Assembly (NCBI GenBank): GCA_001599295.1
Contig: BCGN01000002.1
Coordinates: 2,170,001-2,234,000 of the forward strand
Length of the DNA stretch: 64,000 bases
Source: Sporopachydermia quercuum
Taxonomy: Eukaryota
Reading direction: 5' to 3'
Part shown: one piece after another, positions 34,121-44,200 of the stretch
Layout: each line of letters starts with the position of its first letter
Position numbering within the stretch: position 1 is the stretch's first letter
Notes under the pieces: generated by a model
Told to the model about the DNA's origin: nothing
The model's input: the letters and a program-made list of their open reading frames with translations, nothing else
Database searches by the model: none
Program-made: the position numbers and the translations under genes

Positions 34121-35776
34121 ATGGCTTCAAAAGAACTATTAGAAAACCCCAGGGAAGAAGCTGTATATGCAACATCCAACGGTGTGCCATATCCTCACCA
34201 TCCTTATGGATCCCAAAGGGCAGGGCCAACTGGTCCATTGCTTCTTCAGGATCATCATTTGATTGACTTGCTTGCTCATTTTGACCAAGAACGAGTCCCC
34301 GAACGTGTAGTTCATGCTAAGGGAGGCGGTGCTCATGGGTACTTTGAATTAACTGACTCCTTGTCAGATATTACTTATGCTTCTCCATTTCAAACTGTTG
34401 GTTATAAATGCCCATTATCTATGCGATTTTCAACTGTTGGTGGTGAAAGTGGCTCTCCAGATTCTGCCAGAGACCCCAGGGGATTTGCCATCAAATTAAG
34501 GACTCACGAAGGTAATATGGACTGGGTGTTCAACAACACTCCAGTATTCTTCTTGCGTGATCCTACTAAATTCCCTCATTTTATCCACACACAAAAGCGT
34601 GATCCTCAAACACATTTAAACCAAAATACTGATTCCACGCACACTTGGAACTACTATGTCCAGAATCCTGAAGTACTACATCAAGTAGTGTATATGTTTG
34701 GCGATCGTGGCACGCCAGCCTCCTTTAGAAATATGAATGGTTACTCTGGTCATACTTTCAAGTTTATTAATGAAAATGGAGATACCACTTATGCTCAGAT
34801 TCACGCAAAATCAGACCAAGGAGTCAAAAACTTGGGTGCTGCAGAAGCAGCAGAAAGACAATCCACAGGTCCAGATTTTGCTATTGAAGATTTGTTCAAA
34901 GCTATTGAAGCTGGCGAAAATCCCTCTTGGACGCTTTACATTCAAACTATGACACCTCAGCAAGCAGAAGAGTTTAGGTATTCCATTTTGGATTTGACTA
35001 AAGTATGGCCTCATAAGGAATTCCCGCTAAGAAAGTTTGGGCGATTGGTTCTAGATAAGAATCCCGAGAACTATTTCGCAGAAATTGAGCAGATTGCTTT
35101 TAGTCCAAGCCACTTGGTTAATGGAATCGAACCATCAAATGATCCTGTGCTTCAATCAAGATTATTTTCATATCCTGATACTCACCGATATAGATTGGGA
35201 GTCAACTATCAGCAATTACCTGTCAATCGACCTCTGACGTTTGAAAAGGGTTCTGGATGCCCATTTTTAGCCGGAAACTTCCAACGAGATGGTTTTATGG
35301 CTATTGACAATCAAGGAAACAGACCTAACTATATCTCCACAATAAGACCCATCAACAATGTTGTAGGTAAAGGATTTATCAGTGAAAGCAATAAAAGATT
35401 TACGGGTGTTGTCACATCTGACTATGAGAAGTCAGCAGAGGCTAAACAGAAAGAAGAAGCTAGAAAGAGACATGAAGATAAGATTTGGGAAAAGAGTAAC
35501 TATTTCTATGTCTCTGGAATCTCTGAGCTTGACTTGGAGCAACCAAGAGCCTTATATCAAAAGGTGTACGATGATGGTCAAAAGGAAAGACTTGTTGAGA
35601 ATATAGTTGCACATGCCTCAACTATCAAGCAATCTGATTTGAAGATAAACGTTGCTTTATTGTTCGGATTGCTAGATAATGACTTAGGAAAGAAAGTAGC
35701 TCAAGGATTAAAGGTGCCTTATGAAGTTCCAACGTTTGAGAACTATACACAGCGTGTGGGATTAGCACAGTTTTAA
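34121..35776 (+). CDS. CTT1: Monofunctional heme catalase, catalase T type
   Basis: FDQERVPERVVHAKG, RFSTVGGESG, VFNNTPVFF, RLFSYPDTHRYRLG. Ctt1-like signatures PYPHHPY and ELTDSLSDITYA..VGYKCP. Confidence 0.95.
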   Translation: MASKELLENPREEAVYATSNGVPYPHHPYGSQRAGPTGPLLLQDHHLIDLLAHFDQERVPERVVHAKGGGAHGYFELTDSLSDITYASPFQTVGYKCPLSMRFSTVGGESGSPDSARDPRGFAIKLRTHEGNMDWVFNNTPVFFLRDPTKFPHFIHTQKRDPQTHLNQNTDSTHTWNYYVQNPEVLHQVVYMFGDRGTPASFRNMNGYSGHTFKFINENGDTTYAQIHAKSDQGVKNLGAAEAAERQSTGPDFAIEDLFKAIEAGENPSWTLYIQTMTPQQAEEFRYSILDLTKVWPHKEFPLRKFGRLVLDKNPENYFAEIEQIAFSPSHLVNGIEPSNDPVLQSRLFSYPDTHRYRLGVNYQQLPVNRPLTFEKGSGCPFLAGNFQRDGFMAIDNQGNRPNYISTIRPINNVVGKGFISESNKRFTGVVTSDYEKSAEAKQKEEARKRHEDKIWEKSNYFYVSGISELDLEQPRALYQKVYDDGQKERLVENIVAHASTIKQSDLKINVALLFGLLDNDLGKKVAQGLKVPYEVPTFENYTQRVGLAQF

Positions 35777-36104
35777 GACATGTAAAATGCTTGGTTTCTG
35801 GCTTTATTGAGTGCTGTTGAAATCTTTCGTTTTGTTGCATCTTGACGATAATAAGTAGTATTTGATCTAAGGGATATATACAAGATGTATAGTTTTCAGA
35901 GTATTATTTTAAAGTTAAAATTAATCAAGAATGTTTGATTTAAAGTTTATCCCGTGTAAAGTTTGAAGGTGGAAGTTTAAATTAAACACTATTTCCCGAT
36001 CTGAAACTATATTTCTCATAGCATTCATATTATACATCACTTCTATGTCCTATACTATATATCATTATGACCAATTCAAACCAACTAGTGGCATCAGATT
36101 GATC

Positions 36105-38630
36105 CTACTCAGAGCCTAAATCTGGTGACTCATACAATTTTCTGTATGTGCTGTCAGTAAGCTTATTTCTAGTCACTTCATTCACACCAGTATTGCTACC
36201 ATTAAGAATTTCATAGAGATTCAATACACTTGAAGACGAAGACATCTTAGGTTTACATAACGTTATTGAATCGCTACTGGTATTTAGCTTATTGCTAGAA
36301 ATATTAGTCCTAGCGGTTGAATCAGCTGTTGAATTGCAGTTAGTAGTGACTGAATTTTCAAATCGGTTCTTTAGAGGTGTTGCTTCTGAAGTACCAGGAA
36401 TAGCTAGTTTCCTAATATCACTTGAAGTGGACGATTTCATATCAGAATTTGAGGTGCAAAAAGTCGGCCGCTCTAAAGAATACTTTGCCTCACTATTGGT
36501 CCTTGACTTGGTAGTATTCAATGAGCTAGTACTAGGAATGTTAGTAATCGGTTGATTGAGCCTTGATGAATTATTGGATACGGAAATTGAGCTCGCATCG
36601 CTAGCAACACTGGTAACTTTATTCACTTTGTTAACACTCAGATCTATCAAGCTTGTAGTTCGGAGATCTTGTGAGTGTTTCTGTTCTTCACTATCATTAT
36701 TAGTACTATCATAGTCTTGTCTTTTTTGTTTCCCGGCCAAAGTTCTCATAGAAGGGTTAGGTTCAGTTTCGGATTTAACTTCAGATTTAGCTTCATGTTT
36801 ACCTTCCAAGTTTCGGCCTAATTTTAAAGCTTTGATTAAGGTTTGCTTAAGCCTACCTCTTATTCCAATTATCGCATGTTCAACTTCCTCTTTGCTTACT
36901 TCAATCTTAGTAGAAAAGAGGTCTTGACTTGAATTATTCGAGGAATTTATCACATTATTAGTTGCCTCCGTGTGCTTGACTCCTTCCCCTTCTTCTTTTT
37001 CTTTTGCTTTCTCCTTTTCTGTTCCCATTAGTCTTTGATACATTTTACTATTCTCTGTTAAACCATACACGGTAAATGGATGTCGCTTAACGTCTGCCAA
37101 TTCAATCCGCTTTTCAGGACCTTTTTCCAACAATTTATACAACAAGTCGATAGCCAATTCCAACATTTCTCTATCTGTTTGTTTGTCTGTTCCAATACTA
37201 GGTCTACATACTTCATCTTCATTGGGAATCTCTAATGGTGAATTAGTAATAACACTAAACAGCTCAAACTCTGAATCTGCCATGAATGGTACTTTCCCAT
37301 AAAGCAAACAATAAAATGTTATTCCCAGTGCCCAAATATCTATTTTATAATTAATCTTCGTTCTTTCTTGGTTTAAATCTGTATAGCAAAGTTCTGGTGA
37401 GAAGAAAGCTGGCGTACCTGCGGTTTGCGCTAGCTCAATTTCAGTTGCTAATAGGGCTTTGGTGGTGTTGCCCGATTGGGAATCTATCTCGCTTGTATTA
37501 CTAGGATAGGCAAATGAAACACCAAAGTCAGATATTTTCACGTGATTGTCTTTGGAAAGTAGTAAATTAGCCGGCTTGATATCACGATGGATTATTCCTT
37601 GTAAATGAAGATATTCCAAGCCAAATAAAACGTCTCGAAGTACAGATTGTACTTGTTTAAGATTCATCACTGGTGAATATTTTCTATTACTGCTGTAAAT
37701 ATTACAGCTAATAGAATTAGTTATATTCTTACTGTCTGTACCATCACACTCATCTATTCTTTGCCATTTGACCTCTCCTTTCTCTAAGTATTCCAGCACA
37801 AGATATATCTTCTTATACCTCACATCATCAATGACTTCCAGCAATTGTACAATATTTGGATGCTGGCATTTCTTCATAATCGCTATCTCTTTCTTGATTT
37901 TCTCTTGCTGAGCATTGCTTCTACCTGATTTCCCTAGCTTTGGTCTTCCTATTTTATCTATAACTTTTATAGCTACGTAGCTCCCAGTTTCTACTTGTCT
38001 AGCTAGTTTAACCTTACCATGCTGCCCTCTTCCGATTTCCTTAATGATTTCGTATGAATTTAGTTTTTTCCTCCCTGTCGATGGATTATATTCTAGGTTT
38101 ATTAGTCTTGTTTCCTTCACAGAAGGATTTGCAGAACTGGGTGCAAAATCAGAGGAAGCAACACTTGAGCTTGTACGAATAGTCGCTCCTAGTGGACTCA
38201 AGGGGTTCTGAACAGTTTCTTTAGTATTTACACCATCACTAGGGGAAAGTATAGGTAGAGTTGACGAAGAATTTGAAACTAAAGAAAGAGATTCCCCTAT
38301 CATAAAGTTGTTATTAGCACCTTCGTACAGACTGTTGAAATAGCCTTCATCTACTGATGTGTTTCTGGTTTTGCCAGAATTATTGCCCCAATTGGTAGTA
38401 GTACTATTCCCATAGCTGTTTACGGGACTTGGAATTGAATCCGTGGAACCTATGGAATCACCAAGGATCCATTTGCTATATGGTCTAGTAGGAATAGCAG
38501 TAGAAGCAATGTTATTATTAGGTGGAATCAATACGCCAGAAGCAGTGAATCTTGATTTGTAGTTTCCCCTTGAGGACTCTATTTCTTTCAATGTGTTTCC
38601 TTGTTTTGGCTGTTGTTGTAGAGAGTCCAT
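36105..38630 (-). CDS. SAK1: Snf1-activating CaMKK-like kinase (Sak1/Tos3 family)
   Basis: VKET..YNPSTGRKKLNSYEIIKEIGRGQHGKVKLA, KIKKEIAIMKKC, HRDIKPANLL, ISDFGVS, ELAQTAGTPAFFSPELC. Confidence 0.88.
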   Translation of the reverse strand: MDSLQQQPKQGNTLKEIESSRGNYKSRFTASGVLIPPNNNIASTAIPTRPYSKWILGDSIGSTDSIPSPVNSYGNSTTTNWGNNSGKTRNTSVDEGYFNSLYEGANNNFMIGESLSLVSNSSSTLPILSPSDGVNTKETVQNPLSPLGATIRTSSSVASSDFAPSSANPSVKETRLINLEYNPSTGRKKLNSYEIIKEIGRGQHGKVKLARQVETGSYVAIKVIDKIGRPKLGKSGRSNAQQEKIKKEIAIMKKCQHPNIVQLLEVIDDVRYKKIYLVLEYLEKGEVKWQRIDECDGTDSKNITNSISCNIYSSNRKYSPVMNLKQVQSVLRDVLFGLEYLHLQGIIHRDIKPANLLLSKDNHVKISDFGVSFAYPSNTSEIDSQSGNTTKALLATEIELAQTAGTPAFFSPELCYTDLNQERTKINYKIDIWALGITFYCLLYGKVPFMADSEFELFSVITNSPLEIPNEDEVCRPSIGTDKQTDREMLELAIDLLYKLLEKGPEKRIELADVKRHPFTVYGLTENSKMYQRLMGTEKEKAKEKEEGEGVKHTEATNNVINSSNNSSQDLFSTKIEVSKEEVEHAIIGIRGRLKQTLIKALKLGRNLEGKHEAKSEVKSETEPNPSMRTLAGKQKRQDYDSTNNDSEEQKHSQDLRTTSLIDLSVNKVNKVTSVASDASSISVSNNSSRLNQPITNIPSTSSLNTTKSRTNSEAKYSLERPTFCTSNSDMKSSTSSDIRKLAIPGTSEATPLKNRFENSVTTNCNSTADSTARTNISSNKLNTSSDSITLCKPKMSSSSSVLNLYEILNGSNTGVNEVTRNKLTDSTYRKLYESPDLGSE

Positions 38631-41282
38631 TATGAGTAAATGATGTGTTGAAGGGAATCAATGTGAGTAAAAAAAAAGATTCATGCTGCGATTTATTTGT
38701 AGGTAATTCAGATGTGAACAGTATTGAGATATAATTAAATATAACGATAGGAAAATCACTTTTAAGTTGAGTGTTAATACTGGTAATGACAGTAGAAGTG
38801 ATAACCTTCTAATGATGATTAGATAGACCTCTTGACGCGATATTCTTTGAATACCAAACGGGTCCTATGTGTCTACCTGTTTACTATGCCTTTGAGATTT
38901 CAATCCAGTTGCGAAGTCCAATAGGTCTGTATGGATCAACATAACAATGCATCTGGCCTTTTACCAGTGCAGATATGTAGTTCTTCCCTATAGCCGCTTA
39001 CCTCCCAACAACTAATAAACAAGCAAAATTGTTTAAAATTTCTTAAAATCTTTATAATAACAGTTTCAAATAGCTAAATTAGTTGATAATCGTACAGCTG
39101 ATATCTTCTCGTACAGTATTATAGTATTTCAATACTTTGCGTTATATTCTCTACTCACTTATAGTGGATGATCTGGTTATAACTGCCAGTACAACTGCTG
39201 ATTAGTAACAGTCAGAATAAGGAAATATCACCAAATTCAACAGATTACAAATGTAATGTTGAATATCAAAAAACAAGATTCTTAGGTGTTGAAGGTTGCT
39301 GGTGCTGCGAATAATAAGAACAATGCGTACTAGCAATAACGCCTGTATAGTCAGTAACCTTGTGATGATCAAATGTCCCGTACAGCAGAAATATAAGTGT
39401 TAAGAATGAAACTGTTTATTCTGATAGTTTCTGCAACTTCAATAAGGAGACAAAAAGTTAACAAAATCAATAGCAATTCATTTCCCTAGTAATGAAAAAG
39501 TGTTTTGTACGAGAAATAAATCGATCGATCAGATGAATTAGTTGGCTGAAGGAAACAGAAATCAAACAATGAGACAATGCAGGTAAACCCGGAGACTATA
39601 AGAAGTATAGCGGAGATCATAGAAAGGGTTAAAGCTAATTTACTTGGAGAGGTGTTAAGGACACTATCTTATTTTCACATTCTTAGTAGTAAAATTCCTA
39701 TATGAACAATTAAGGAAAATCAAATTTGATAATTTGGATCCCCATATTGAAAATTTAGTATATATATAAGTTTTTGTAGTAATATGACTGAATATTACCG
39801 ATAATTGGTATACCCGTCGCTGCTGATGAGTATAACAGAAGTGGCTGACATGTTAATGTTAAATTAAGGTTAAAAGTAGCTCAGGTACCGATTTCAATTT
39901 CAGAAATAATTTAACTGTGATTTAACTATGTATGAGGTTTTTGATTTAAAAGTGTGACATGCGCTTTATCCTTTTGTAGGTTCTTTCACTTTATGCGATA
40001 ACAACTGATACCTTGCAAAAGATGACTCGGAAGTTGGAAATACCGTTGGCCAAGAGGATTCATTGAGATTGCGTAGTTCGAATGGAAACAAGAATGAAAT
40101 TCTTTCTGAAATAGACTCCCAGACAAGCTACACAATCTTGCGTGGCGCTTGCTTCAAGATCTCAGTAAAATTTCCACTTTTACAAACTGAAAATGATACT
40201 TCAGCAGTAACCATAACGAAAACTATCGCTAGAATCATATTCTACCATCTAAACATTAGTGTATTTTTGATTGCTTTCTAAATTCTCTCTCAAAAGTATT
40301 TTACTTATTCTTCTACAAACGTTCTTTACTAGCCCATGCACATATTATAAATTACATAATCATCAGTTTGTCACAAGACTTAAAACTGAATGATTACATA
40401 AGCGGTAAATAATTTCTGCGAAGCTCATGTGATCGCCATGTCCTATTAGATTACTTTGACAGTTCATGCGGTAGAGTTCCTAATCTTAAAATTCTGTTAT
40501 ATTTGTCAACACATCTCAACACAATGGGAAACTATTTCAATTCTCCGGCAATCCATCATTCCAATGCTCTGCAACTCTACTTTCTGATCACTGCAAAATT
40601 TAGCGGAATTACCCTTCGAAAACCTGAAAGTTTTTCCTCTTCTCCTCATTAACTCTTTTGACATGCACTTCCAACGCACCTTCATGCATCTCCATGCATT
40701 TCCCTCATTTAGTCTCAACATTAAACACAAATTCACCATACAAAAATCCACAAATCCAATCACTTTCCCATTCCGAAACCAGTTTCTTCCCATTTTTCAG
40801 CCCTTTCCTTCTATTTCCTCCTTTTCTATCATCATGGACTAGTTATTCTGCTACGCAGTTGTTAACATATGGAACATTTATTACATTACAGGTTGCCGAC
40901 AATATGCTGAAGCTGCTTTGGAGACGTACATCTGCCACTGGTTTATTTCTTCCATTTACTACTATACATGCCTGCTGTATGCTTTATGTTGTGACATGAT
41001 CACATAGTTATCTACATAGCATAAGGCATTTTCAGCAGGATTTTTATGATTCTTTTTGCATATTTAGGGAATTTTGAGCTGCTGTTTGACTACGTTCATA
41101 CGTCGATTATACTAGTAGCATAAGCATAATCATAGGCGTAGGTATAACCATAAGCATAGGAAGGTGATAGGAAACAGCTACTACTAACAGAAGTAGAAGT
41201 TGACTTTGCATAGGGTAGATAAAGTAGGAGACTCTTCCGCCTGATAATTAGAATATCCCGCATTGTGAAAGCTCGGATAAGA

Positions 41283-44200
41283 ATGAATCAAGCAAGCGGA
41301 ACTTCCGCCTCGACCAAGGGAAGTTCTCATAACGACAAGAAAGAAACAACGGCAGCTGCAACGTCCGTAGCAGAGAAATCTTCCGTTTCCCACAAAGCGC
41401 AATATCCTAACTCGGGAAATAGGCTCCCAGGCAGAGTCCCAAAGCAGAAATCAACTACCAGAAACAGAAAAAATGTTTCAGCTATTGAAGTTTCAAATCT
41501 CAAAATCCCTGGCGCTATTCCAATCACTATACCGATAGTGAAACAAAAATCCCGCTCTCGGAACACAAATGTTAAATCTCGGTCTGGTAGTTCTCTCGAA
41601 GGAGCTCTTTCTTCCGCATCAGCATCCGCTTCTACTTCTGGATCGGTATCAACATCAACATCAACATCAACATCGGCATCAGGATCATCCACTCATCACT
41701 ATAATCCATTCACATACCCTCAATCTCGATCTCGAGCAAATCCTCCGCTTCATTTAGCGCTGGTGACAACAAAAAACGACGTTAAGGAAAACCTTCTACC
41801 CCGCGAAGCCCCTTCCAACCGTTCCACCTCTTTCCTTTCATCGGAACCTTATCCTGAACCTGCGGAAACATATTCCAACCCTATGAACATACCGCAAGCT
41901 CCTACGTTTTGGCCTTCGGCAGAAGAGTTTCAAAACCCCGCCGTATACATTGAAAAGATCCGGCCGGAAGCGGAGAAATTCGGAATGGCGAAAATTATCC
42001 CGCCATTGAGCTGGAACGTTTCGTTTGCCTTGGACACAGAACTCGCTTGGTTCAAAACCAAACGGCAAGTATTAAATGCTCTTAAAGATCCAGAAGAGGC
42101 GAAACAAGCCTTCTTAGAAGAACTGAACCTGTTCCATAAGCTGCGCAACAGTTCCATAGCCAGGCTGCCGAGTATTGATAAGCGACCATTAGATTTGTAC
42201 CATCTTCGGAACGGTGTCCAATTACGGGGTGGCTTCCACGTAGTATGTGGAAAGAAGCTCTGGGCACAGATCGGAAGAGAATTAGGTTACAGCGGAAAGA
42301 TTATGACGTCACTGTCGACATCGTTGAAATCGTCTTACTATAAGCTAATATATCCGTACGATGAGCATGTGCGGAAGTACGGGAAGGTTCGGTGGGACAA
42401 AGTGGGGCAGGCGGAAGAAAACAGCGGGGTAGAAGGAGAAATTGAGGAAAGCAAGAAAGAAACCTCGGAAATAATAGCGGAAGAGAAAGAGGAGTGTACG
42501 ACTTCCGATATCTCAACTTCCGGTCAACCTCCACGGAAGAAACTGAAACCTAGTAACAACTCCCCCTCCCGCGCTTCTTCCTCATATCTTAATAAGCAAA
42601 CTGCTCCGAAGATACAAGCATCGGAACCGGAAATCCGCCGGAACCTCGAAACTCTGCGGGGTTTGAAATACCCCACATATTTCTCCAATGCCACAGACGA
42701 TAGAAAAATAAACACTGCCTTCCCCACCAATGGTACTTCTGGATACAGTCTAGAGAAGTGGGACCACGGGNTAGAAACACTGGATAACTCTAAATACGAT
42801 ACCAAAGATGCACCTCTTTATAATCTTAAACAATTTTTCGAAAAATCTAAACAGTTTGAAGAGAATTTCATATCGGAGCGGAACCTTAATTCGATCTTGG
42901 TCTCGGAGGAATTACTAGAAAAGGAATATTGGACCGCGGTTAAAGATTTAAATCAGGCAATAGAAGTGGAGTATGGTGGGGATATTCATTCTGTGGTTCA
43001 TGGCTCGGGTTTTCCGACTATAGAAAGAGGTTCAAGAAACTGTGGGGAATTGATAGATGCATGGAATCTAAACAATTTCAGTTTAAATGAAGGGTTCTTG
43101 TTACGATACTTGGATTATCCCGCAATATCGGCTACTTTGCCCTGGCTTTACGTTGGAATGCTATTTTCAACCGAAGCTTGGACTGTTGAAGATCATTTTC
43201 TATCGAAGGTAATTTATTCCCATTTAGGAGATACTCGGATATGGTACACTGTTCCAGAGTCAGAGTTCGACAAATTTGAGGATTTAGTGAGGGGAAAGAG
43301 GGGTATGTGTGGTAATGATTCTAGCTTGGAAACGGTTGATTTCAGCATTAGCAATAATAAGACCCCCCAGTCCTCACAAGCCAACTGTCTTGCTAAACCA
43401 AAAAACTCAGGGAATCCAGTGAAAGTTTCTCTGTTCGATGCAGAGCCAACTCGTGAAGAGAGACCGTATGATGCAGTTTCGGCTCCAAATAAGATCACTA
43501 ATGACAGTATTAAAGAGGAAAAGGAGGATAAAGAGAGCAAGAACGATACCGGAAAAGCCATTAAAAGTGCTGAAAGTATTTATCACATTCGGAACGTTGA
43601 AAGAATTAGTAATAGTATTACTAGTGGCATTAATGATACTGTTGAAAGTACTGCTATTTTCAATAGTGATGATAAAGAAACTATTCATAGCACTATCGTT
43701 ACTAGTGATAGTATAACTGGTGATACTTTAAGTAACACAAGTTGTGCTGACAGTAACGCTAGCAATACCAATACTGCTGATGAGATTACTATTAGCACTA
43801 GTAGTAATGTTACTAGTACCACGGCTGGTACCAATGATACTACATTTAATAGTAATCACAATGCTATCGGTAACACGATAGATGGGATGACCATTGACAA
43901 CGCTATTGAAAATACTGTTGAAAATACTAAATACAACACTTCCAACAGTATTGATAGTATTGGAACCAGCAACAATTATAATAATCACTGTAATAGTACT
44001 AGTAATAATACTGTTGTTATCCCATCTATTATTACTTGTAATAGTATTAATGATAGTATCAAGAACAATCAAAATACTGCTCATAATAACGAACATAAAA
44101 GTATGAAAGATGATGCCAATATCTCTGTTGATGCTACAGCTGGTACTACAAAGGATAATACTAAGAATGGTACCAGTGAAAGTATTGATGATGACACTAT

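Noticed and set aside
39820..39850. C/D-box snoRNA (TGATGA...CTGA)
   Set aside because: Boxes are only ~15 nt apart, too short, and there is no terminal stem.
40063..40999. Short ORFs in the SAK1-ECM5 intergenic region
   Set aside because: Non-ATG starts or promoter-like pyrimidine-rich composition; no motifs and no consistent splice model.
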